Origin: Phoronis australis
Lineage: Eukaryota > Animalia > Phoronida
Direction of reading: 5' to 3'
NCBI GenBank assembly: GCA_002633005.1
Contig: NMRA01000010.1
Coordinates: 67,765 to 131,764 of the forward strand
DNA: 64,000 nucleotides
Part shown: piece by piece, positions 47,844 to 59,520 of the stretch
Numbering within the stretch: position 1 is the stretch's first letter
Layout: each line of letters starts with the position of its first letter
Made by a program: the position numbers and the translations under genes
Notes under the pieces: model-generated
Seen by the model: the letters and a program-made list of their open reading frames with translations, nothing else
What the model was told of the DNA's origin: nothing
The model's database searches: none

Positions 47844-49177
47844 CTCAATCCGTAAGTCCAGTGTCAATTTTTTCTATATTATCTCCTCCACTGGGTCGTA
47901 TTCCGCATAGCAGTCATGGTGTAGTGTAAATTGTTACGTGTACCTTCTTGTCTCGAGGTAAATACCCAGTGGTTTTGGATGCTTGATTCGAGGGCAGCAA
48001 CATATAATGTATTTTGTTTGCCATTTGTTTACTGTCCTCTTCCCTAACAGTGCAAATACGTGCAATGTTAGCCTGCTGCTTATCAGATGTGTCTTATCTA
48101 CTACAGCATGTTGGTGACGACGCGATGCAGTTACAATGTCTCATTTCAATAAATTCATGATGATAATACTAGTCTCAAGTAGACATTGTACAGATTATTA
48201 CATGGCAAAGTTGTGGTAATTCCCCGTATCTGGACTACGATTTAGAATATTTATCACCAGTGGTGAGCTAGCCTTCTGCTTCCTCCGTTATATCCCTCGA
48301 CCACAGAGCGTCTAAACACGGGAAATTACTTCTGAGGACATGTACACTAACATTTATTTCCCGAAACTCACAAAACATACCCGATAATATTTAACTCTTG
48401 TTATCCTTGATGTCTATCACCGCTATGCACCGTTTCATATCAGCATTTCTAACATGACCTGGAATGCGTTACGACACGACTAGTTTATAACACCGGGTAC
48501 GTAATTTTCGATATTACATGGGCAAATCACAAACTTTGTAGTGCAAAGTAGAGATCCATACGCCTTCATTTTATCGTCTGGAAAACACTAAAACAACCAA
48601 GCGCACGTTCTATATAGTTTTCAATATTATGTAATTGTTGGTTTTTTAAATATGAAACTCGTACGCTTAACTGGCGTGTTGGTGTACGACCCCAATTATC
48701 TCATCCAGCACGTTCAGCCAAGGCCATCCATAGCGATCGACTAACTCACTTTAATCTGTGACAGCGCCATCAAGCCTTTCGTGTGGCAAAGAGACTTCGC
48801 TGGATACTCTGGGGGGTAAACACTGCACTCGTTCACTTGCGAGCAAATCCTGTTGTCGTTAGAGTTGTCTAATGTTTCCAAAATTTATACGCAAATTGAG
48901 ACAAACTAGTACCTCTAATTACGACATTCATTGACTTGAGGTATCGACGCTAGCACTAAAACTTCAAACCTCGTGACCATATTAATTCACCATCTAAAAC
49001 ATAGTATAATGCAATCGTTCCCTCGTTTTCCCTGCCTTGCACTCACTGAGGTAGACACTACCACCGTATCTTGCTGGGCCCCATGACATAGTGTATACTG
49101 GGGCTGCTGTGCGTGAACTTGGAATCTCGATTTGCTTTATCTCAAGATGGCGTATGCGTGAACGTGGAATTAAATAC

Positions 49178-50280
49178 TTATTACGCGCCCACGTATTTAT
49201 ATGTGGACGCATCTCTGTCCGTCCGGCGTCCGCTGCTCTATTTCCAAGTCCCTTTGACACTGGTGTGTTCATGAAATTTTGCACATGTGTTCCTTTTATG
49301 GATGGGACGGCATGAGCGAACTTTCTGACGGATCCGACTAGTTGCAATTTTTTACGTTTGAATCTTCAAAGGTCCTCGACGTATTTTCATAAAATTTGGC
49401 ATATAGGCATCTATTAGTGCGATGACACTATCCTCCTGTTTTCGGTTGCATTCGAAGTAATGTGCGCCACATAATGTCCATTTCTTACTGTTTTCGAGTC
49501 TCTTTTTGGCGTTCACCCTTCTATCAACCCGGCAAACCACTCTAAGGATGATTGTGAAAATTGACTTCTATGTTCTTACTATGAAGAGGACGGCTGACGA
49601 TGATTTTCAGACGACTTCGACTTCTGTGGTGCCTCCTAGTGGCAGTTATTTTGTTGCGTCCATGGCTGTATCTCCTAAACTGTTTGCAGGATCCTTACTA
49701 AATTTAGCAAGTGTATTTAGCCTATATGATGTTAACAACGGACGACTACGACTTTCGGACGGATCTGACTACCCGTGTGCCCCCTAGTGGCAATTGTGTT
49801 TTTTTACGTTTACCTCTGTGTCTTCAAAGGTCCTCAAGGGATTTTCAGAAAATATGGAATATAGGCATCTATTGGTGAGATGATGCTATCATCCTTATTT
49901 TCGGGTCGAGGTGCTTTGCGCTACCTAGTGGCCATTTTTGCTGTTTTCCAGCCTGTTTTTTGGCGTGCAGTCCTCGATCAACCGAATCATTGCAAGGATG
50001 ATTTTAAAAATTAGCGTTCTCAATGTGAACTAAGAGGACGGTTGACGATGACGACTTCGTCTACTGTAGCGCCTCCTAGTGGTAGTTTTGTTTTGTTTTG
50101 CGCCCATAGCTGCATCTCCTAAACCCACTCCAGGATCTTTATGAAATTTAGTAATTGTATTTATATGAAACTAAGAACAGACGACGACGTCTTTCAGGCG
50201 GATCCAACAAAAAACGCTGTGCCCCTTAGTGGCAATTTCATTTATTCCACTTTCCTTTGTTTCTCTGAAGTTCCTTGACA
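49178..50280 (+). mobile_element. Helentron-associated (HINE/DINE-1-like) non-autonomous element with about 450-bp internal tandem repeats
   Basis: TTATT start, short inverted repeat GCGCCCAC..GTGGACGC, CTGTCCGTCC motif, then repeat units starting at about 49352, 49803 and 50248. The 3' end was not found. Confidence 0.55.
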
Positions 50281-50596
50281 ATTGGTAAATAGCTTTGTAT
50301 TGAAGACAGCGTACAGTGGCTAAAACACCTTTTTGACCCCAGAAATGTATGCATTGTTCATAAGAAATATTGTTTTTGCTTCTTACTTCCCACGGAAAGT
50401 AAATAATTGCGACGCAAATTACACCGCTCGTAACTGAATTCGTAGCCCCTTCGAGCGCCCCAGAAAAATCTCAACCAATCAGCGTAAAGTGGTTCATATG
50501 ACATCATCGTGGCCACGAATTTACTGGGGAGCCACACTTCGTAACAGCCGAGTGCCATTTATTGGACGTTCTGCACTTGTCGATCTCTGGGCTAAA

Positions 50597-50740
50597 ATGC
50601 CTCTTTGCGTGGTGTGCGGGTGTAGCAATGTCAGCGGCAATGGGATACATTTGTACAACTTCCCCACCGATCACGGCGTGTGCCGTGCGTGGAATAGATT
50701 CGTATCCACGACAAGGCCTGGCGACAAACTTTCCCGATCG
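50597..50740 (+). pseudogene. Truncated THAP zinc-finger (transposase N-terminus) remnant
   Basis: MPLCVVCGCSNVSGNGIHLYNFPTDHGVCRAWNRFVSTTR: CxxxxC, FP and W of THAP present; distal CxxHF missing. Confidence 0.75.
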
Positions 50741-52055
50741 GCAAGATATGATTTAGGCTTGGTGCAAAGCTGTGCGCAAAGATCTACAGCTTCGCGTCGA
50801 TGTGGGTAAAAGGGACTAAATAAAATCTGACGCAGAAACAGTGTCATTAAAAGCTGTACCACTCTGAGTAAACCAAATTATTTACCGGTATTGGAAGAAT
50901 TATCGTTCTACCGCTCATCTACTGCTAACATTGAAGTGCGCTCATGGGCGTCGGCGTTTGGCGATTACGTCATCTGACGTGAACAGTTTCTTTTCCCCCG
51001 GTTTATTCTTCTATCAACTGTTTGCTGCCACGAGGTTGCGTACCGTCACAACAAATTGTCAGAACTGGTCTCATTTCGTTACGAGTTATTAGCATTTTCG
51101 AGAAAACCGAATTTGGAACTAACTTTAATGCTGCGAAGCTGTTATCATGTCCCAAAAGTAGTCGCAAAATTTTAGTACAGGGCGTGCGCGTGTCACGAGC
51201 GTACTGTTTTCAAAACGGCAGACTTTCTTTGTTACAAAACTCAAAATGCGGATCGAGAATAATGCTAGAAAATGACGTTTATTAGATTGTTCTTCCCTTA
51301 AACGACTGGCACTTAACGGGCAAGGTGAGTGTCCGAATTGTCTCCCAGATTTTGCATGCACCCCGGCCGTCGGTCGTTGGCTCTGAGATATATGTTTCAC
51401 GACGAGTTGACTAACACAACACATAGGCTTACCCGGTCTGTATGGATTTTCGTGTAGTCTATGTATGGTTTAACAGAGCTCAAGTCACAGTGTTACCTAC
51501 ATGTAGCTGTATTTTGGCGATAGTCTTCAAACAGCTACAGGGAATCCGACCCAAATCCGGAATATTCTGTCTGATTTGGGTCGTTCCCGCAGGCCTAACG
51601 GAATTCTGATACTGAATTTAAGACGTTCAATTGATTACAAATTCTTATGATTGGGTATGTTTTCTTGCAATACAGACTTTATTTCGTAGTTTTAATTTAT
51701 TACATACACGCACAATGTTGTGTTGCTATTAAATTTTTTTTAGCTTGACCGAGTCGAAATGGCGGCGATTACGGGTTGCAGCATTTCAAGGCGACCTATT
51801 TTGAAAATTGAGTTTCTAATATAAAATTTTCAATGAGTTTGAATATAATTGCATTGTACCAAGAAGAGATAACCAGGAAGGGACAACTAGCTAAACCGCC
51901 GTTTTGGTCTCCTTCCCCGGACTAATATCAGGAGTTAATTTTAATTTAAAACAAAACAGACGATTTCATCTGAGAGAGTAAAGCTTTTTCTATAGAAAGA
52001 TAACAAAAAAACTCACTTTGCAACCTTAAACAGTGGTGTGTAATTGTACTTTGAA

Positions 52056-53473
52056 ACTAGAAAGATTATTGTCACGGCGTGACAATAATTTGCTCTGCGC
52101 GTGCGTATTAAAGGAATTGTTATGGGAAGTTACTGACAGCAACCCGTTTACCAATATGAAAAGGAATTCTTTAAAATTGTAGGGGAAATTACATATCAAT
52201 TTTTGATGACATTTCCACTAATTGACCTCTTCCGGTGCATTATGAGCCCCGACGAGGAAGTAATTGCTAACTCGATTAAAAGTGTGGTTAATGCTAAAAA
52301 TCACAGATGTTTTACTTTAAGCACTTCAGAATACAAGATGAATGAGTTGGTCAAACTTTCAGAAGAAAAATGCACCTAATGACCCCATGGGTGCACCAAA
52401 TGACGTGAAAATTTAGAATTCAAACTTAATTGCACTTAGTAAACAGATGTGTAATTTTGAAGTCTCTAGCTCAAAATTTTAGTTTGCACTCAATGACCTT
52501 TGACCTATTTTTTCTGATTGATTAGGCCTATTGCGAAGTTAAGTAGGGTATTTAATTGGCATGTTGACTTACACCAATGTGCTGAAATTGAAAAGAATTC
52601 CTTGAAAAATGTAAGAGATATAACATTTTGAACGTTACATGACCTTTGCACTAATTGAACCTATCCGGTGCATTATAAGCGTCTTGTGGAGAATTATTGC
52701 AAAGCCCATAGAAAATGTGTTTAACGCTGAGAATCACAGTTCTCTAACGGTTGACACATCAGAATACTTGCTTATTGAAAAGGTCAAATTTTCAGAAGAA
52801 AAATGCACCTAATGACCCTATGGTTGCACTAAATGACCTGAAACTTTGGATGTCGAATTGAATTACATGTCCCAATCAGACCTGTTAATTTGAAGTGTCT
52901 AGCTCAAAATCTTAGTTTGCACCAAAGGACCTTTGACCTATTTAACCTGATTGGATGACCTGATTACTTAGAAAAGTAATTTTAAAAATTATCATGTTGA
53001 CTTATTCCTGTGCACCGAATTTAAAAAAGGTAGCTTTAAAACTAAATGAGCTGTTGCATTTTGAAAATTATAAGACCTTTGCACCAAACGACCCCTTCCG
53101 GTGCAATATGGAATATGTTTATATAACGAATCAAAATTTATGTACTGTCAAAAACCATATGCTGAATTTAAAGAACGTACCTGCACCCAATTTGGAGTTA
53201 TTAAGCCTCAAATTTGGTATAAAATTGAAGAAAACCCAGGAACAACAGTACTCTGCGGTTGCACGTGCAGAGTAATAAGAATAAAATTGAAGAAAACCCA
53301 GGAACAACAGTACTCTGCGCTTGCACGCGCAGAGTAATAAGAATAAGAATAAAATTCAAGAAAACCCAGGCACAACAGTACACTGCGCTTGCACGTGCAG
53401 AGTAATAAGAATAAGAATATAATTGAAGAAAACCCAGGAAAAAAGTACTCTGCGCTTACACGCGCAGAGTAAA
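52056..53473 (-). mobile_element. Helentron/HINE-like element with about 433-bp internal repeats and a four-fold amplified terminal palindrome
   Basis: One end: CTAG, 11-bp-stem hairpin ATTATTGTCAC-GGC-GTGACAATAAT (52065-52089) and sub-TIR CTCTGCGCGTGC. Other end: palindrome TACTCTGCGCTTGCACGCGCAGAGTA. Internal repeats anchored by TGCACCTAATGACCC at 52371 and 52804. Confidence 0.7.
53221..53473. repeat. 62-68-bp tandem repeat x4 containing a palindrome
   Basis: AAAATTGAAGAAAACCCAGGAACAACAGTACTCTGCGCTTGCACGCGCAGAGTAATAAGAAT units at about 53221, 53283, 53351, 53419. Confidence 0.95.
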
Positions 53474-56400
53474 TATCGACTTCAACGCACGCAATCGCAA
53501 CTTCCCACACGCAGTCACGGGTATTTAAGCTTTTCCGTCGATGTATAGATGGCGCAGTAGTCAAGTCCTCCCTCATTAGCATATCGAATTTGCATGCTGT
53601 AAACGGGAGTTTTCGAGATTCTCGTCAGTTGCTACATCGAAATAGCATAGTTATAACGGGAGTTTATGACAAAAGAATCTCATTGTGGCGGATTTTATCC
53701 AGCAAGGAAACTTCTGTGGGACACGTTTGTAAAGGGGAATATTGCGGACCGAATCGCCAGGAAACGGGTGGCGAAGAGCGAGAACGACGTAGTGTTTCGC
53801 GCACTGAGTGAGGTCATGCTCTGCGTGAAAGTTCACAGAAAATTTATTCGGCCATATGGTGCTACCACAATTGGACTGGAGGAGTAAACATGGCACTGAC
53901 TTGCAACGCAGTGCAGTGTGCAACGCTACTTTTTGTATATGCGCCGCGAGTCCTCTGGCTTCGTCACCGTGTCCTGTGCTAGTACAGCAGCCACTACCAG
54001 CACTGAAAGCACCAGCGTCACAAGTAGACGGAATGTTTTTCCCGGCCCCAGTTTAATTAGTCGTACTTCTGGACTCCCACCCCAGCCTCACCTGATTGGG
54101 GTTTACACGTACTCGCAGGTGATTGTATTGGAGAGATGTACCGTACATACAATCAGAGAAGAAAAATTCTGGCTGCTGTGACCATTTCTGCAGATGTCAA
54201 AAAGAAGTAAGTTTTATTTTGATTTCCTGGGAATAATGTGATGAGATTGGGAGTTATAAAATTATTCAGGTCCTTTGTTTTGTATCAATGGTCACATGAC
54301 TGCGTCTAATTCTTATCAATTCATGTTATTGTCAAAACTGAATTGTTGCAAACTTTCCTCAGTTCACTCTAACGACCCTCATTGCAAAACAGGTGACTTT
54401 CTCTGTGATTGAAAGCAAAACAATGTCCATGATTAGTTTCCCAATAAAACAGTATGCGAATCACAGGTTTCTTTTAACATCGGGACAAGCTGAACATAGA
54501 CATATTTTAAAGATGCCATGTCTCGTTAAAACCATGAAGATTTGAATTTTAGCAACCACCACCTAATGATTTCATGGAGAAATGTGTGTACAGAAAAAGA
54601 AACAATTGGTAAATAATTTAAAATAGTAAACTAAAACGACGAGCGTCAGTACTAAAATATATTTAAATATCCCCACATTTTGAGCAATGCACTCTTCGTC
54701 AAGGGTGTGCTACAGACTACTGAGTACATGTAGATGGATTTAAAATAAAATGGCACAGGAGATCACATAGTGACATACAATAGACAATTTGCAGTTTTAA
54801 AGAAAACTGCAACTGAAAGCTTAAAAACAAATGTGAACATACAAAAACCCCAATAATTTCAAATATAATGCAGTTGTTATTTGATAGTTAAAAATTCAAA
54901 TATTAAAAACTGTTCCTTGTTTCATTTGGGCAACAATGAAATTTTCTTAAAAATAGTCTCGCAAAACGAGACTTTTGCGATATTGTAATTGTAACTGGTT
55001 CTCGGATGGTTTCTGGTACATTGATATGGGTAGTTTGTAAATTAGTACTTCATTTGCATATTCACAATTTAATGAGACAATGTATCTTTAAAGTATGCAG
55101 TTTGACTTGTACCAAAATGCAACTTTTCTTTGAATTGCATATTTAGATACTAAGTACTAAAATAGACAAAGGATATGTACAAAACACCCATTTAAGTGCA
55201 TGACTTGACTTTAAGTGAAGCATGCTTGCACATGAATATGCCTTCAGGATGAAAGTACCTTAAAGAAAGTTTTTATTGAAAAAGTACAATGTTCTCAATG
55301 AATGAACTTTCAGTTTTAGTTCTACAGTACTAGTTCAGTGTTGTTCTTGTGATTTCCTAACTTCTGTTTTTCTATCTAAGCTTGGCATCCTTCTTCTAGT
55401 GCAGCAGAAGTGCAGAGATTGAGGTAATTTATTGTACCTACACCATTCCTTCTTGTCATTTCAGAACAAGCTGGATAGTTCCATACGACAAGAGTTCATT
55501 GGTAACCATAGACACAAAATCGTAATGGTGAGCATATGACAAAATCATGCCGCATTCAACCTTTTCCTGCCTCCTTATGTTAGATTATGTGAGTCTAGGT
55601 GGTAAAAGAGTGAACATATATATTCACTAGAATATCAAGCCTGTCACAGCAGTGCTTGATTTAGAAATGAGATTTAAAGTTTTGGGGTTTCCAAGTAGTG
55701 TTAGATTTCGGAATGACCTGTTATGTTCACTAGTCCTGCTTGTGGGTCCAAATCGTGTTCCCGATACATCATCACTAAACTTTCTAATTGTGTGCCTCAA
55801 GATACCCCTCTCTCACTTTAAATTTTGCCATGTTTCCCTTTGCAGATTATACAATCCATGGTAAAAGATGATATAGAGTTGGTGACAATGGGTGTGACAA
55901 TTACAAAATCAAGCCCGACAATGTCATCCTACATTTCCGATGTACATGTGATTGGCGACTTTGTGAGAACAATTCTTGTCCTAAATATGCCAATGCACAT
56001 ATTGGTGGTTTCCTCAGAGGAGAGGCACGAAGAAGCTTTGAAGGCAGAAGTATGCGAACAAAAGGCAACGTGGGTTTGCGTGATAAACTTTATCGTCAGG
56101 TAGCAGTTAATAAAACGTGAATTAAATTGATGTGTATCATATCATTTGTTCAAATTGTCCAAATAACTTTCTGTGGTCTGTTTCTAAATTTGTGTAGCAA
56201 TTGTCCTTGTAGTATTGTACGGCACAATAGAATACACATGTACTTTAAGAGTTATCGTTGTTGCATTTCCATATCTATGAACGTCATAACCATTATGATA
56301 TCACATTAACTTAGCTTATGTTAAATAACAAAATCAGTCAACACAATGCAAAGTACACCGTATATTTGCACACAGAGAGGTGCTATTCGAACCAAAAATG

Positions 56401-56501
56401 GCACTAGTAAAATACTTGTAGCAGTCTTATCATATTCAGAGCACTGGTAGGCATGTTACTATTATGACTATGTCGTGTGAAACAGTACATTGTTGTGTCC
56501 C

Positions 56502-56771
56502 TCAGTTCTTTTTTTGCTTTTTCCTGAGTGGAATCTCCTGGGTTGCAACAATACCTCTGACCTCTCTCTGCAGTTTCTTTGTCAGTTCGGCATGTGGAAA
56601 ATTTACTGATGTCAGCTTTCTGCTTGATATGTAGTTGTATTGGCTATAAAAAGTTTCAACAGCACTACCCTTCAACTGCAGTGGAGAAATGTAGTACCCT
56701 GGATATTTGGTGTGGAAATCCTGGCACAAGGCTTTGAATGAAAATATACAAATTTGTAGAAGATTGTAGGT
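56502..56771 (-). pseudogene. Exon remnant resembling a P-element-like transposase C-terminus
   Basis: After a TTTCCTTTCAG acceptor: TYNLLQICIFSFKALCQDFHTKYPGYYISPLQLKGSAVETFYSQ, resembling the Y-x-x-x-x-R-x-x-QD-x-LE-x-x-F catalytic Glu region of P/THAP9-type transposases. Confidence 0.45.
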
Positions 56772-57204
56772 CTGAAAGGAAACAATGAAAACACTCTTAT
56801 ATTTGTTGTTGCATTATGCAGCGTCCTCAAATTGGACTTAACACAGGCTGAAGTGTGCATAACTTCCCGATGCTTTACATATGTAGCAGTAATTGCAGCT
56901 ATCACCTAGAATTCAAAAAAGGCAAGGTTGCCTGTACGCAATTTAAGGTAAAACAATAGCTTATACATTAGCAATTTTCACTTGTAGACTTGTTTTTGTT
57001 TTCTGAGGTCTTGTATATCTGAATTTGTGAGTAATTCCTTATCTTTGTGATTGCTAGGCCAAATTATTGAGAAACATTGTGCATATGAAGTTGGTTGAAA
57101 ATTGTCTGTAATACATTATCACACACGCCCACTGGCCTGCTGCTGCCTTCCCATTTTCACTGCATGACAGCGTTTTCCCGTTAAGTGACTTAACCAGTCC
57201 TTGA

Positions 57205-57710
57205 AGGGGGCCATTAATGACATTTAAGTGACCACCTTTTTCGTGTTTTTATTGACAAATTATTAAGGGGCCGGTCACGCAGTGAGGGCCCAACGATGGA
57301 ATTGATTACCTCTATTTTCCTGTGTTTTGTGAAATCGCACAACCGGCTTTCATATTGAGGAATGTCATTCCTTGCAGGGTCACACGACGTGTAAACGAAT
57401 CAATTGTCACTCTTTCCCAAGCTTAATGATTTTTGTCTTTCATTCCATTTTAGACGGAATCCTCTCTCGGTGGGGCGGTTCGGGAGAATTGTCCTTTTGG
57501 TCAATGGGCAGCGCACNGGGGGGTTGGGGCTATAGCTCCACTTTTTTCAGTGCAACGATGCATATGGTCAATAGGCGGTGCACTACGGTGGAGGGGGGTC
57601 TTTTTTCAGTGCCGAGCCCAGTCTATACACCTCCGACATGACTCTGCCAACTACTCACGACAAGATTCCAAATTCATCAAAAACACAAAACATTCGTGCA
57701 CAGCACAGAA
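57205..57710 (+). mobile_element. Dispersed repeat homologous to 36710-37118, with a nested G-rich MITE and an N at 57517
   Basis: See 36710-37118; extra segment at about 57503-57620. Confidence 0.6.
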
Positions 57711-58863
57711 GCTACCTTGTAAGAAATGACAATGCGTCACTGAACTTAGTTGAAGGCTGACTTGGGAAAATTCGACCTATCATCAGACCACCATATCGCA
57801 GTGAAGTAAAATAAGGCGATAACAGTGATAAGTTCATGAATGTCGAGCAGCTCTAAATGCTTTATTGAATTAAAAACTAGACTAGTGAAATTTAAAAAAT
57901 TACAAAACGTAGATCGAAAAAGAAGTTCAAGTCATTGCTCATAAATTTGTAAAGATTGTCTTTGAACTTCCTTGATGCTTGTAGTTCACAGTAGTATTGT
58001 GCAATGAATTTTGGTTCTTCTAAACCGAATCGTTTGCTCGCCATTCCTGTGCATACTGCACAGGCTTGGCACGTCATGACTCAGTAACGTACCCACGTTA
58101 AAAATAAGGTGTAGTCATGCATTAGGCCGGCGTAGAATCCGCGGCTTGTGATTGACGACTGAGAAATGAACTTGAACTGCAGGCGTTGAAGTGTGTATAT
58201 TTTTGGGACACACGTTCATTTTCCTCAGCCGCCCGGCAGAAGCTGGACACGAAGTGGCCGTGTTTCAACAAGGAATTTTGATGAGCTCTATAGGCCAAGG
58301 CCTTCGGGGACCATACTTCAAAAAAATCAGGGAATGACCATATTAAAATGAACTTCTCCCGAAACTGGGGATCAAAAAACCACCTTTGGAGCCAGACCAC
58401 GGGTATGGGTTCGAGCTAAGCCGCACGTCCCAAATAAATCATAGCGGAGCTGACCAGCGACTAGCATTAGTTCATCGAATTGCACGTGCATGGATCAGAC
58501 TTCCCGGGGACCGCCACGACACCGGCCACCGTGGCTTAGTAGGGCTAACGCTAATTTCTGCTTCTAAATCTGGATTTAAGCAAAATGACAAAGTCCACGC
58601 ATACACACATGCAACCGTATCCAGATACAATTAAATGTTATTTCATGTGAAACCATACTCAATGTTCTTTGAACATTGACTTGGGTGAGTTCTTAGTTTT
58701 CTTGGAATGAGATCTACCCGATCAGGTAGAACTGCATTTCAAGACATACGCTATAGGCACCCTGACGATTCGCGTCGTATGACGTCGTATGACGTCGTAT
58801 GACGTAGACGATGCGAGCCTCATTTGCATATATTGGTGACATCTGTTGGTTCAAAAAAGAGGA

Positions 58864-59520
58864 TTTTTTTAATGTTTATTACGAAATCTTCAGAATACAA
58901 TGAATATACATAACCCAAAAAGCGCCGAGAGGAGTTAGATCTGGGTAAAAAAAATACAAAGAAGTCTATATACAATTATTATATACGAATACAAAAATAA
59001 AAAACCGATGTTAAGAATACAATGATATATGACAACGAATGAAAATAATTCATTTTCATACAGATGTATAAAATTCTATCCACTTACACAAAGAGATTTA
59101 ATGTTATAAAGAAATTCTGATACTATTTCAAATAAAACCTTATTTTCGTTTGAGTTAAGTTCTTGACATCCATATAGAAAGAAATTAATTTTGTTGTACA
59201 ATTGCGGAATTTCAGAATATTTTTATAAACATTGGGGGTATTGTTCGAGTGCCTGGAAGAGCTGTACTCTCTCCTCCTTGCATACCTCACAAGCAAAGAA
59301 AACATGAGGATATGTCTGGGTATCTCCACAGGAACACAGAGCCGAAATATTATTAAAATTATGTCTAAATTTCTCGTTGTTTAGGAATAGACCACATCTT
59401 GATCTGTATAGGGTTATTTCATGGTTGCGGGGAAGTTGGAATGATGTCAAAGGGAATGGCAAAAAGAGGTTCATGCCCGAGTACATGCCTGGGAAGAGGC
59501 ATCTTTTGGAAGGGTAAACA
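58864..59520 (-). mobile_element. LINE 3' fragment (ORF2 C-terminal CCHC zinc knuckle, 3' UTR and A-tail)
   Basis: ORF 59223-59486 has RSRCGLFLN...CSCGDTQTYPHVFFAC...ERVQL, the C-x-C-G..H....C pattern of non-LTR ORF2 C-termini; AATAAA and an A-run at the 3' end. Confidence 0.8.

Noticed and set aside
53221-53473. CRISPR-like array of palindromic repeats
   Set aside because: The intervening segments are near-identical rather than unique spacers, there are no cas genes, and the context is eukaryotic; it is a tandem repeat of a transposon end.
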